From Lama guanicoe (taxonomy: Eukaryota): DNA of 62,000 nucleotides. Location: assembly GCA_013239625.1 (NCBI GenBank), contig MU054117.1:124001-186000 (forward strand). The letters are read 5' to 3'. Of the stretch, positions 38,254-51,131 are shown one piece after another. The translations under genes were made by a program, and so were the position numbers. Positions within the stretch are counted from its first letter, which is position 1. Every line of letters starts with the position of its first letter. The notes under the pieces are model-generated. The model worked only from the letters and a program-made list of their open reading frames with translations, was not told the origin of the DNA and did no database searches.

Positions 38254-39448
38254 TTACAGGGCCCTGTCGGCCATTGTAAAAATGTTTTCCTTTCTGCCAA
38301 GATAGGAGCTGTAGCCATGGCTTTGGCTGAACCCCGCAAGATGAGATTCAGTAAAGATAATTAAAAGGTCCCAATGGGTCTTGAAAACAAAGCACATAAA
38401 TATAGAGCAGGGGGAACCCTTTGGAAGAAACACATTAATAATGACGACTTTGGAGTCATTCTGTCCAGTGTGTGTCAACAACTACGGGCACATTCCAGGC
38501 GAGCTCTTTTTAGTTGGGGCTTGTGTTCTACTGGAGCAGAGGAACAGGAAACAGGTGAGCCATATATACTGTGTCAGGTGGTAACAAATGACAGGGGAAA
38601 AATAAAGCAAGGTGAGGGGCATAAAGAGAAACAGCAGGTGGGTACTGTTCATGTGGGTGGTCAGGGAGCGGGTTCTCTAGTAAGGAGGCATTTGAGCAAA
38701 GACCTGAAGAAAGGGTGGAAGGAGCCATATGGCCACCTGGTGGGGAGTGTCAGCAGAGAGACTCAGAAGGGCAGAGACCCCGGGTGGCCGCTGCTGGGGG
38801 CACTTGATGACCAGGAGGGAGGCCAGTGTGGCTGGAGCCTGAGGAGCAGCAGGGAGGGTGGGAGGACATGAACACAGTGACAAGGGTGCGGCGGGTCACC
38901 CAGGCCTCTTAGGCCACTGTAAGGACTTTGGATTTGGCTCTGAGATGGAAGACATGACGTGGTTTGACTAACATTGAGTGAGTGCTCAGGCTGCTGTTGG
39001 AAAATATTTGGGGTCAGGTGGGATTTGGGCAGTGGACATGGGAGCACTATCGCAGTAATCCGCGTGAGGGTGATGGTGACCTGGGCGAGATGGGGAGGGC
39101 ACTTGGATCTGGGCTGTGCTGTGAAGACAAACAGAAGTCACTGAAGAGTTGACTCTGGGATGTGGTAGGGATTAGGATAATGCTGAGGGTTTTAGATGGA
39201 GCAGCTGGGAGAGTGGTGGTGCCATCTGCGAAGATGGGGAGCTTAGGGAAGCAGCAGACTGCGGGTGGGAATGGGAAGCACGGGTTTGTGCAGGTTGAGT
39301 TTGAGATGCTTGTGAGATGTCCACATAAAAATGTCAGAAAACCAACTGGCCACACAGGTTCAGGAGAGAGAAAATAAGTATTTGTGTACAATCGACTCTC
39401 CCTACTATAAAATGGTACTTCAGCCCACGGGCCTGGAGGAGATCAGGG

Positions 39449-39658
39449 CAGAGTTTTTCCAAGCTGGTTGTATCTCATTAATGGATCATGAAATCAATAC
39501 AGTGGGGAGTAGTAAGTTTTAAAAAAATGAGATAGAATAGAAAACATCAGATTATGTCAGTAGTAGAGGTAAATTTTGTCCTGTGCAGATTTTTTAACAT
39601 TACATTTACATGAACATAGAGAACTATGTGTACGATTTTGAAGGTTTGAAAGCCACCG
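39449..39658. mobile_element. hAT-Charlie-type MITE inserted into L2
   Basis: cagagtttttccaagct...ggatcatgaaatcaat...aaaaatgagatagaatagaaaacatcaga...gtttgaaagccaccg; L2-like text (gagatc...tagggagtggatgtaga) resumes on both sides. Confidence 0.6.
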
Positions 39659-42600
39659 ATGTTTAGGGAGTGGATGTAGACTGAGAAGAGCCCCGGACAC
39701 CATGTGATCCCATGGGCAGTTCAGCCTGTGGAGAGTGGGGGGTCTGTGAGGGACCAGCAGGGATACAGGAAAGCAGCTTGGAAGGCATGGGGGGGAGGGG
39801 GCCGTGTTCTTGGGGCCAGGAAGAGCGGGGTGGGCCTGACTTGGGCTGTGGGTGGTGGAGGAGGCTCGGACTGAGCACTGCCGTTGGGTTAGACGGTGTG
39901 GAAATCATGCATGTCCTTGATGAGGTGTTTCCGTGAAGTCGTGGGGATGAAGCCTGATCGCTGTAGGTTCCAGAGCCAGTGGGAGAAGAGGAGGTTCGGA
40001 CACAGGCACAGACAGTTCTTTTGGGGAGTGGAGTAAACTAGTCAAAGGGGATAGGAGCAAGGCGGGTTTTTCAAGATGAGAGTTTTTATGTCGATGGGAA
40101 TACTCAAGTTTGGGGGGAGGGGTTGATGCCGGAGGACAGGACCAATGCAGGAGGCCATGTGTGTGGTTGAGTAAGAGAGGGAGGTGGGATTGATACCCAG
40201 GCAGAGGGCTGCTTCAGGTGGGCACGTGGGAGGGAAGGCGGGTGAGATGGGTGTTGATATTAATGGTAGGAGCTTATGGAAGAACGCTGAGAAGGTGAAG
40301 AAGTTGAAAACTCTGCCAGAAGAGAACTGGTGGAAGGAGCTAAGGAGGACACACAGAGAGCAAATATATGGAAGGCTGGCATGTAGAGGAGCTGGTTTTG
40401 TTCTGGGTGCCTCCAACAGCTGTGTTGTGGACATGGAGTGAAAACTGAGCAGAATGACTTTGGTCTTCTGCTTGGAAATTGAGTCCTTGGGAAATTGACA
40501 CTTAAAGCTGCTCAGAGATTTCGAAGACTGCTTCCTAAGGTAGCAAGTTACCTGTCCTTGGAGCTGTTTGTGTTTCGGACAGTAATTAAAGATGCACACA
40601 TGGGGTGCTGGTCGGACTAGATAACCCTTCGGATCCCGCCCAGCCTTGACTGTTGTGTGTTTTGTGACTCTTGGCAGTTGGTAGTAGGCAGACTGGACAA
40701 TCGAGGAACCCCGGATTCTGTGCCACGTTAATCTCTCGCCAGTGGTCTGTGTGTTTGGGCAAACATTACAAAGCTTCTGCTGCAGGTTCTACCCCAGGAT
40801 AGGAGGTGACCGAGGGGTTTCCCTGCAGCCCTGCAGCCATCTTTCTGGGGGTATTTGTATCCCTTTGGCCTGCTGCAGGCAGTTTCAGTGTTCTTGGAGC
40901 CCCTGTGCTGCAATGGCCCGCAAGGTCACCCTGCAGAGCTGCCAGCCAGACCCCTGCCTGAGTCTGCACAAGTGCAGGCATCTTTAATCAGCAGACCCTT
41001 GTTGAATACCTGCTGTGTGCCTGGAGCCAGGTACATGGTGCCGAGCAGAGAGGACTGGGACCTGTCCTTGTGAAGAAGACCAGCTTTTGGTTGTGCTTTC
41101 CCGTTGCCTCAGTGATCCCTTCTCTCCAGCCAGAGGCCCTCTCCCACCCTCGCCGTGGCACCCTAGCAGAGCTGTCAACTTGGTGGGCGGGGAGGTGCTG
41201 GTCCTTTGGTCTCTGTAACTCAGCTCTGCACTCCTGGCGGATGGTGGGCTAAGGCTCACTTCCTGTCCTGCCCTGAGTTCCCACAACGAGTGCAATAGCA
41301 CTGGTGACTCAGAAATGCTCTGTGGTCGCCTCCTCGGGGCTGTGTCAGGTGTCAGGTGTGTAGAGCCCGCTGAGGAACGCGGCTGGTGCAGCTCAGCCTT
41401 TCAGCAGCTGGTCCCAGACTTACCGGGCTGCCGCCGCCCATGCTCATGTTTGGGATAAGGGCCCACTTCAAAGGAGCAGATGCAGCGCTTGACTGAGAGG
41501 AGAAGGATTTTGCATTGTGTGTCCTTGTGAAGTGCACCTGAAGTTCTCTTCCTGGCAGGTTTTGGAGCACTCTGGAGCACTCTAAAGAGTGCTCACTTCT
41601 CAGGCGGTTCTTTCTTCACAGGGGCTCAGGCTCTGGACTCCGGCTACACTGCCTGCTGCAGTGCTTCTTGCTGTGTGACCTTTCAGCTTCTTTAAGCAGA
41701 AGATTCCCATCTGCAAAATGTAGGTAGTAGTTTGTGGTGAGGATTGAGATGAGGCGTGGGTCCGACCGCTGGTGATTAGTCGGTGTGTTAGCTATTTTCA
41801 CTGTTACTGACAGTCCTTGAGTCTTTCTTGTTTTAACATCTGAGTTTGGCAGGAACTTGATGACGCAGATCTTATTCCTTCAGCCCCTCCCGCCCAAGGC
41901 TGTTGTCACACCTGGAACAGGTGGAATAGAGAGAGTGAAGAGTGAGAGTGCAACAAGGAAGTTTTCCAGGCATTTTTCTTCCTTTCAAAAAACAAAATAT
42001 CTGAGCTCTCTCATTCTGTTATATAAGTAGCTATTTATTTAGCTGAGTATAATTTTTTGTTACTGGGATTAGAAACTACTAGATGATGATGATAATAATA
42101 ATAATACCACTTACTGGGTTTTGCTGTGCTCCTGGCACTGCTAAACGTTTTGCATTCATTACCTCAGTTCTGCAAAACCTTGTGGTTAATTGGGCATTAC
42201 TTTCAGTTTACAGTTGAGAACACTTTTTCTGAGACGCTGGGGCCAGGCATGGTTCTTTTTGACTCCTTGATTTTCTGGGCTGGTGTTGTCATTTGCATTG
42301 GCATTAGCCATTATGTTTACTGGCTGTTTGGTCTGACTTGAACTTCTTCGTGTTTGTTTGGGGTGACAACCACAAGGCAGAGGTCAGCCCATGTCTGACT
42401 CACTCCATTTGTCAATTGTGTAAAAGAAAGTAAAATAAACAGTTTGAGAAGATACAACACTGAAGGTTAATGTCTTTCAGAATTGGAGACTTGAAGAGAA
42501 CCCAGAGGTCATGGTCCAGGCTCTTCTCAGACCCCTCTAGGGAGGGCCATTCCACAGCCAGTGGAGTGAGGCGGTGTGAGACTCGTAAGAAAAGTGCTGC

Positions 42601-45600
42601 ATTCTTGTTAGTTGCTCTTTTTGGAGTATTTTGGCCTGCCCACTCTGACCACATTCTTAGATACCACTTTTTGGTGGCACTCCTCTGTAACACCTGCCCT
42701 GTTCTCCAGCTCCTCCAGCCATGCAGGACATGGCTAACGCTCTCCCCCAGGACTTGTCCTTCCAGTGTGGACCTACTGGACCCCCAGATGGACTCCTGTG
42801 AGAAATTCTTTCCCTGTGTCAACTCCACAGACACTGGTATGTTTCTACTACCAGTCAGGCTGTAGCTGCAGAGACCTGGCCCTGCCCTAAGGAAGCTCTC
42901 AGCTGGTGAAGGAGAGAGCCATTGAAACAACGTCCTTGCAGACTTGCAGGCGCAGATAAGGAGTGGTGGATGAGACAGAAGTGCAGGCCCCCAGGATGAG
43001 GGTTGCACACCGGTTTCCTGTTTGCTCGGCAGGGTGCTGAGTATCCGTCTGTTGCTGAATGGAATGGGAAGTCAGAGAAGAAGTGAGGATGGGATGGAGG
43101 CAGAAACAATGCACAAGAAAGACCACTGTCCTTGTACTTGGAACTCACGTCCTGAGGACCCAGAGAACCTCATCTCAGGGCCAGGAGGGGTCACAGGAGC
43201 GGGGAGCAGCTACCGGTGACGGAGAGCTTTATTCCCAGGCAGTCTGGTTCCGTCTGCTGCCCCAGGCAAGGGACTCAGTCTCTCCACAAATGATGGTGGC
43301 TGAAGCGGCCCTTTTGCAGAAAGACTGATCAGGAACTCAAGGCGTTTGGACACTTTGGTCCTTTTTTCTGCAAAACATGAAGGAATCTCTGTAATCTGAA
43401 GTGAACTTGTCATCTGAGTTTCCTCCTGACGACGTTCTAAACCACGCCTTCCCGCAGGCCCCACTTCCGAGAGCTGCTTAGACAAGTCGCACCTCCAACC
43501 GAGTGGGCTAAGGAGAAAATTAACCACGCTTGACTCTGATTTCTTAACCTTGAAGTATAATTCTTATTTTGTTGTTTTGATTCTCCTTCCGTTTTCTATT
43601 TTTAAGGAGAAATCTCTCCCACCCACCTGTCTATTCTAAGAGCTGGAGATTGAGTGTTCTCAGACCAGCCATGAGTCAGTGACAACCTTTTACTCTTATA
43701 AATAGAAACGTAAACTGTGTTCTTCCATGCACTGCATGGGCTGTCTCTCCAGCACTTTCCTCCACAGCCAAGGAGTGTGCTTCTGAGTCAGCAGTCAGCT
43801 GCTGTTGGACGGCTCCTTGGCTGTCGTCAGCTGGCAGAAATGGCACCAAAGCCCGGAGGCCCAGCAGCACCTCCCCCTCTTCCCTCCCAGGCCCCTCACT
43901 CCCCTTGGCCCCTCCTTCAATACCTTTTCAGCCCCTAGGATATCCTGGCCTGCAGCTTTCTGTGATTATGAGTGTAGATTTTTCCCAGGCTACTAGGACG
44001 TACAGCACATGGGGGTGTTCCGGGGGGCGGCCAGGAGGAGCACGACCTGGCTTTGACCTGCAGGAATGAGAGCCCCAGCAGCAGTGGCCCTTCTGCAGTT
44101 CTCCCTGGCTGCTCTCAGAGTGGAGCCCTGGCTACAGGAGGCAGTGCTAACCAGCAGAGCTGCAGAGCACACCCTGCTGCGGGCACTTGGCCTGCAGAGG
44201 CAGCCCAGGGGACTTGACCTGGTGTAGTCTTTCCTCAGGTGCATCGGTCCAGGAACCAGCCTGCCTCTGCTTATCTGTTGTCATTAGTGATCTGCAGGTC
44301 AAAATCCCTTAGACTGGGCACTTAATACTTGCCTGCGCTTGGAAGCAGACACTCTGCTGCTGTCTGGGAGTGGCTGAAACCTGTTAATTTGAAAGTGTTT
44401 TACATCAGCAGAGGGACTGGGGCCAGTTATTAACGAAGGTCTGTGGTGGGGTTTGATTTGGAAATGCTCAGCTCTTTGGAAGTAAATATTCATTTCAAGC
44501 AGAGTGGGCTATGGCCATCCAAGGGAATGTTAGCCTGCACATCAGAACTCTTCATTGAAAGTAAATGCCGAGACTCTTGGGGAAGGGTGAGCATGGTGTA
44601 TGGCAGGGGAAAGGCCTTCAGAAATGCTTGTGGGTTTCAGTGGGAACATGGTGCTCTGAGTCCTGGGCAGGGGGGTGGAAGGTGGCTGCTGCTGCTTAGG
44701 AACAAAGAAGAATCAGTTTCATTCTTGACAAGAGGCAGAGAGACCAGGGCAGGTGCATTCATAGCTTCCAAATGCTGTAACTCGGGGGGTTGAGTTAAAG
44801 TCGTCGATGAACACAGCAGGGTCTGTGGGGTCCAGATCACAAACACCATGCTGGCCGAAGGGCAGAGCGAGTAAAGCGGTTGGAATCCCTGCAGAGGAGG
44901 CCAGAGGGCCCCCGACGGGGCACACACGCTGGGACCTTTGTTTCTTGTCCTTGGGTTACATGTCCCCCTTTTGTCTGTCTCTGGATAAACACATCTGGTC
45001 TTTCGTGCTGCTTATGAGCTGTCTTTTGACTGTCTGCCATTGTGAGATAAGTATTGGCTTGTGAGGAAAAGAATGAGCTCTTTTTAGGAACTTTAAACTG
45101 TTTCTCTTGCTGCTTACTGCTACCTGGAACAAGCTTTGATTTAGGGGGAACTGAAGGGTGGAAAGCAATGCGTGCAGTGATTGGATAGGCATTGGGGCCA
45201 GGCTGGGAAGCAGACTGCCTTCCGCCTTCTGTCTCAGAGCTTTTTGGTGAGTGGGCAGCATCGTTACTGCTGTGAAAATGGAAGGGATGTAAAATCTTGC
45301 CGCCTGCCACCTGCTGCCACGAGGCAGGACAGTCCTGCTGACCTTGAGGCTGTCTCGGCCTCTGACACCGCCCTGTGCCTCTCCACTGTGCCTCATTATC
45401 TTTTCAGAGAGCTCGTCTTTGGCAGCCAGTCCCTTCCATCGGTGAGTCCAGACCTCACCCAGAGCGCAAGGCCCTTTTCCTCCCGTGGACTTGCCTTGGG
45501 TGATCTTAGCAGCTTTCATAGGTCACTGTGTGTTGTGATCCCCTGAGCCTCAGACACGTCTGACTGCCTAGTGAGCGCCTTGAACCTCCAACGTGACAGG

Positions 45601-46143
45601 TTCAGAGAGGAGCTCGCCACCCCACCCTCACAAATGTTTGCTTCTGCTTGTAATCCATTGGCCTGCTATCAGTGTTTCCCCATTGGGCATCATTCTTGCC
45701 TCCTCGTCTGTAAGAGTCCTTTGCAAGCCTTCCTGTTCTGCTTCCTCTCCCACGTCCTACATTTTTTCCCTGCCTGGCTGACACTTACGCATTCCCGATG
45801 GACTCCTCTGTCATCCTACAGAGGTTCATCTTCAGTGACGACCCCTCCTCAGGTGCTCTTCCCTTGTGTTCCCGAATCCCTGTGCCTCTCTCCTGTACCT
45901 AGCAGAGCGTGTTTAACTTTCTGCTCATGAGTCTGTCTCACCCACTGAACTGTAAGACCCCGTAAGCAGTGTGGTCCAGGCATCTGTCCACCCCTAGTGT
46001 CTCAGGTGGCACCTGGAGCACAGGAGGCACGTGCTTGATTCCACTTGGGAACTCCTCTCTCAGAGGGAGTTACTTGTGTCACCTAGAAGATGTGTAAGTA
46101 CAGATTTGGATTTGCCAACCACCCCTTTTTCCTTCTTTACTAG

Positions 46144-46213
46144 GTTACCGTAACCGCGTCAGCTGGACCAGCGGCTGCCTGCTGGCTTCTTTGCCGGTGT
46201 GCGCTTGGGGAGC
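46144..46213 (+). other. MICAL3: 5'-UTR portion (70 nt) of the first coding exon
   Basis: Lies between acceptor AG 46142-46143 and ATG 46214; contains no ATG; in-frame TAA at 46151-46153. Confidence 0.88.
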
Positions 46214-46477
46214 ATGGAGGAGACGAAGACCCAGACAACAAACCGCGCTCACGTCCTCTTTGACCGGTTCGTACAGGCCACCACCTGCAAGGGGACCCTC
46301 CGGGCCTTCCAGGAGCTCTGTGACCACCTGGAACTGAAGCCTAAGGACCACCGCTCCTTTTACCACAAGCTCAAGTCCAAGCTGAACTACTGGAGAGCCA
46401 AGGCCCTCTGGGCAAAGTTGGACAAGCGGGGCAGCCACAAGGACTACAAGAAGGGGAAGGCGTGTACGAACACCAAG
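46214..46477 (+). CDS. MICAL3: MICAL3 coding exon 1 (aa 1-88)
   Basis: Strong Kozak [26 protein letters not shown]...[10 protein letters not shown]; donor AAG|gtaggg; phase 0. Confidence 0.97.
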
Positions 46478-47963
46478 GTAGGGTCGGCTGCTCCAGCCTG
46501 GTCACTCACCTGAGGACTTGACTGGAGAGGGGAGGCTAGGATTGGGTGCAGGTAGCTGGGTGAGAACCAGGCAGCCAGGCCACAGCCTGGGTGGAAAGTC
46601 AAGCTTGCTCCGCAGTGAACCTTTGTCCATCAGGCTGCTCCGTGTGCCAGGCCCTGTTCTCATTCCGTGGGCTCACGCAGAACACTCAGGATTTCGACTG
46701 CTGGAGAGCAAGCCTGGAGTTGGGTGGTACGGCAACTGTTTTATTTTGCCAAGGCCCTGTTTTGAATCTTACACTGTTGGGAGGATGCAGGTTACTGAGC
46801 CAAGAGGCAGTCAGGCCTGTCAGCATCCTGTCTGAACGTGGCTGCGTGGTGCTTGCCAAACCATCCTCACAAAGCCCCTGTCCACACCCGGCGTCTGGCA
46901 AGGTGTAGAGAGTTTGCCGCCTTGGGGGTTTGCTGTAGGCATCAGGCCTCTTCATATTCCAGAGGTCTATTTTGATAAGCAAGGGCTTTGTAAACCAAAG
47001 TATTTCTTTTGCTTTCTTCACAATCTAGAGAAATAGAGTTTCCATGAAGCAGGTAGGCCTGGGCAGACACCTGAGACGAAGAGTCGCCCATGCAGGGGAG
47101 GCGTCCTCCTGTCCTCCTGTGTGAGAGCACTTCCTATGAGAAGTTTGGGGAATGAGGTTGCAGATGACTTCGTGGCTGTATTGTTAATGTCCTTTCAGGA
47201 GCCTCAGTTTGCCCTGTGTGGGTACCTAGAGACCTCCCCAGCCCTGCACCTGCCCCACCATCATGGGTTTGCATTTGGGTAATATTCATCCACAGAATTC
47301 AAGTAATTAAAGACATGACTTTTATGAGTGAGTTCTGTAGTTTTATTAAGAATAAAAGGAATTCAAAGCTGAAAACAGTGCATGTCTTTCTTTTTGCACA
47401 TGCATGCGAACTAGTCAGGATAGAAGTATCCAGTCTCTTCGTGAGCACCTCTCTGGGATGTGGATCTTCAAGGTCGTTTCCCTGGACTTTGAGTCTAAGG
47501 ATGGTGATTTTGGAACTCGTTGAGCACATAAAACTTTGGCTCTTGAAAATCGCCTCCTGGAATCAGTTAAGTGCTAAGTCCCTTCCAGGATGCTGAGCCT
47601 GCCTGGCTGTGTATTTAATGATCTGTGTCTCTGTGTCAGAAGTCTGCTTCACTTCCTTCCAAAAACCTCCCAAAAGGTTTTCTTCTGTTGATGAAAGGTG
47701 AGGTGTGGTTTTCATACCGTCTGTTGAAATGATGACCCATTTAAACGTGTTGCAGACCTGCAGGGTGAGCAAGATGAGTTCGTGTCCCGCACTCAGTCTT
47801 CTCCATGCAGAGCACTCACCAGCTTTTCTCTTAAGCAGATTACAGGTGCTCGGCTGTGACCCAGACGAGTGGGAAGGTTTCCTGGTAGTGGGGGGCTTTT
47901 GGGGATGGTAGCTGTGAGCTCAGGAGGTACTGCCTTTGCCCTGACAGCAGCTGTGTTTTTCAG

Positions 47964-48171
47964 TGTCTCATCATTGGAGCCGGCCCCTGTGGTCTCCGCA
48001 CGGCCATTGATCTGTCCTTACTGGGCGCGAAGGTAGTCGTTATTGAGAAACGAGATGCCTTCTCCCGCAACAACGTCTTGCATCTCTGGCCATTCACCAT
48101 ACATGACCTTCGAGGTCTAGGGGCCAAGAAGTTCTATGGCAAGTTCTGTGCTGGAGCCATCGACCACATCA
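47964..48171 (+). CDS. MICAL3: MICAL3 coding exon 2 (FAD-binding GxGxxG motif)
   Basis: tgtttttcag|[47 protein letters not shown]...FCAGAIDHI; donor A|gtaagt; 208 nt. Confidence 0.97.
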
Positions 48172-49855
48172 GTAAGTAAAAGCAGTTCTCCTAGAGGATC
48201 CCCTCTACCCTCTCCCACCTTGTCAGTAGAGAGACAGACAGATTGTCTGAGGGATTCATGCTCAAAAGCCCAGTGTGTTCTGATATCGTCAGCATCTATT
48301 GCTCAGAAAACACACTCTGCTTGGAGTCAGAATGCCCGCTTGCAGTGGTTCTATAACCTAGGATTCTTAACTTCCAGTGTGTCTCCTACAAAATGAGTTT
48401 AGCTTAAGGAATTCTAAGTCAGTTCTTGAATTCTTACCGAGCACTTGCAGTGGTTGGATAGGTACTGGGGCCAGGCTAGGAAACAGTCTACCAGTTCAGG
48501 CTTTAACCCTCTGGTGGCTCTTAGTCCAGTGGAAGAAGCACAGGTGTGCAGCTCTCTGCAAAGTGCTGCTCTCCTACTGTAAGAACAAAATGCTCTGGGG
48601 ACAGCCCTGGGGCAGAAGCCGCAGACTTCTAGTCTGCTTGTGCCTGGCGAGTCGCTGTCAGGCTCCCTTTGCTCAGGTGATGCTCGCGAGGTCTGCAGCC
48701 TGGGTAGCTGTCGCTGCACTCCTGTCACCTGCATGCTCAGCTTGGGCCTGGAGAGTAAATAGAAGTTGATGCTTCATACCTGTTGAGTGGCTATCCAAAA
48801 AGTGGTTCAGAACACTCGGTGTCTCCATTGTGAAGGTGAAGTCTGGTTTATTGATCATCGTTCAGGACTCCAGGTAAGGCTGACCAAGGATCTTGTGTTC
48901 TGAGCACAGATGTGTCCTGTAAATACATTCACCTACTGGACCTTCCGCTGTTTGAGGCGGTTGTGCCCGGTTCATTGAACACAGTTTGTTGCACTGGTCC
49001 ATCCAATGGACTGTGATGTGTGAAGCATCTTGTAATGCAGTCGTCTGTGGGTATAGAATGTGCACTAGCAGATTAGTCACACGCCAGGTAGGATTGGGCT
49101 TAAGAGAGGACCAAGGGCCATTAATTCAGTGGCTTTGTCTGCCTTACTTGTGGCAGGGTTTGTCTGTAGCTGAGAGGGTCCCACATGAGGGACAAGTCTT
49201 TTATCACAGTGGACCTGGGCTGTTGCCATGACTGGCACCTGGTAGCTACTCACTGGATGTTGAACAAATAAATAAATCTAACTAGATAATGAGCAAGATT
49301 TTCAGTCATTTTGAGCCTTAGTTTCTGCAGCTATGGACAGTGGTGGGAGGCGGAGTGGCGAGAGACTAAGGTTGGACTGATGGTTCCCTCCCAGCATGTG
49401 AGAGCATGTGCAGGTCTGGGAGGGAGCAGGATGACAGGGAGGTGCTGCGGGAAACTCAGCAAGTCATGCAGCCTGTGTATCAAACTGCTGCACCTCTTCT
49501 GCCTCCTGTGGCTTCTGCTACGTAATCATGGCTCTGACTGGGCCAGGGAAGACGGAAAGGAGGGTCGCCTGTGGCCCACAGGCTTGCGTTATCTCAGAAC
49601 CTTTGTTTTGAGCACCTAACCCAAGAGGTGGATGTGGTCTGGTGTGTCTCTCTAGAACGTCTTTTGCACTGAATTGTTTTTGCCCCCGAAGAAGAAGGAA
49701 AGAAGCTATGGAGCATGGCTCAAAAAAGGTACCTGTTGCCAGAGGTGCTGAACAGCTGGATAAACTCTGCGAGGCAGGCAGGTGGCCCCAAGCAGTGTTG
49801 CTGACCAGTCCTTTCTTGTCCATGTGCCCTCACTTGTGTAATCTTGTTCACCCAG

Positions 49856-49972
49856 GTATACGCCAGCTTCAGCTAATACTTTTGAAGGTAGCCTTGATCC
49901 TAGGCATTGAAATCCATGTCAACGTGGAGTTCCAAGGACTCGTACAGCCTCCAGAGGACCAAGAAAATGAAC
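49856..49972 (+). CDS. MICAL3: MICAL3 coding exon 3
   Basis: ttcacccag|GT; (S)[38 protein letters not shown]; donor C|gtgagt; 117 nt. Confidence 0.96.
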
Positions 49973-50369
49973 GTGAGTTGGGTTGGACAAATGAAAGAGG
50001 GATACAGGGCCCTGAGTGGGTGAGAACAGATGAGATGGAGGGGAAGACCGTAGGGAGCTGCAGGTGGTTTTCAGTGCCAGGTTAAGGGGCTTCTCCTCTG
50101 GTACGGCCTATGTCTTTTGAGGAACTTTTGCTTAATGAGGAGGCCTCTGACATGGTGTTAGGCATTACAGGTACTTGGATTCACTATAGAAGCCACATGG
50201 CCAGGAACGCTCCTTTGTGAGTCTTCCTCAAGGCGGTTCTTCCTTTGGTGTGTAGCCCGTGCTTTTGCGCCTGGGGTTTTGTTTAATTTGTGCACCTCGG
50301 TGTCTAGAGATATCTTAGATATATGAACGTGGTTTGGGTGATGACCTTCATCTTGACTTTAATCCACAG

Positions 50370-50471
50370 GGATAGGTTGGCGGGCACTGGTGCACCCCAA
50401 AACCCATCCAGTGTCAGAATATGAGTTTGAAGTGATCATCGGCGGGGATGGCCGCAGGAACACCTTGGAAG
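50370..50471 (+). CDS. MICAL3: MICAL3 coding exon 4 (DG motif)
   Basis: aatccacag|GG; (R)[33 protein letters not shown]; donor G|gtactg; 102 nt. Confidence 0.96.
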
Positions 50472-50975
50472 GTACTGGGCTGTGCCCCTCTCCCCTTTGC
50501 CTGCTTCATAGTGGAGGAGGAGTTACCAGTCCCAACCCTGGGTGAGAGTCCACATGCCTGGGAATCCTCCTGTGTGTGCTGCCTGCTCTGCTTGAACTGT
50601 GGGCCCGGCTTCGCCCAGCCTCTTGGTCCAGGACACCAGGCTGCTCTTGAGCTGTCGGCACTGCAGGATTAAACCCACATTTAATGAGCAGGTGGCGTCC
50701 CTCTTGTGAAGCAGAATCCCTGCTACTGAGTAGTGTTCTGATCGTCAGATTTCCAAGCATGTGTTAGTTTGGGGGGCTTGGGCGTCTGTTCTGGTTGTTA
50801 CATTCTTTGGGAGGTAGACACCTAATTTTCAGGTAGAGGAGAGCTGTTGTAAGATTTTCCCATTGGTTCCCATCCCCGCATTCCCTGATGTCTTCATCAA
50901 TACCCTCCTGTTCTACACCATCTTCCTTCTTTCCTAGCCAGCTCTTGCCGCCTCTGAAAATTTCTTTCCCTGTAG

Positions 50976-51131
50976 GATTTCGTCGGAAAGAATTTCGTGG
51001 CAAACTGGCCATTGCCATTACAGCAAATTTTATTAACCGAAATACAACAGCAGAAGCCAAAGTGGAAGAGATCAGTGGTGTGGCTTTTATATTCAATCAA
51101 AAATTTTTCCAGGAACTGAGGGAAGCCACAG
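50976..51131 (+). CDS. MICAL3: MICAL3 coding exon 5
   Basis: tttctttccctgtag|GA; (G)[51 protein letters not shown]; donor G|gttggt; 156 nt. Confidence 0.97.

Larger units (their letters stand above)
36190..40400 (-). mobile_element. Cluster of L2 LINE fragments with nested DNA transposons
   Basis: Purine-rich L2-antisense text (gggtggtcagggaaggcc...gagaaggtgaca; aggccactgtaaggactttggattt; caggttgagtttgagatgcttgtgagatgtcca); several pieces, approximate ends. Confidence 0.7.
1..46143 (+). other. MICAL3: Distal part of the long 5'-UTR intron of MICAL3 (promoter and first exon presumably upstream of the window)
   Basis: Strong acceptor ccccttttt ccttctttactag ends at 46143. No CpG island and no recognisable coding exon in 1-46143. 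Mammalian MICAL3 has a non-coding first exon and a very long first intron (recalled). Confidence 0.75.

Noticed and set aside
35..46000. Numerous 60-200 aa ORFs in the supplied track (e.g. 40042-40599, 42412-43008, 44956-45519)
   Set aside because: Many start at non-ATG codons, overlap decayed repeats and show no recognisable domains; their lengths are expected by chance at this GC content
1..46143. Intronic miRNA or snoRNA (human MICAL3 intron 1 hosts a miRNA annotation, recalled)
   Set aside because: I could not identify a convincing pre-miRNA hairpin or C/D or H/ACA structure by eye; an Infernal/Rfam scan would be needed
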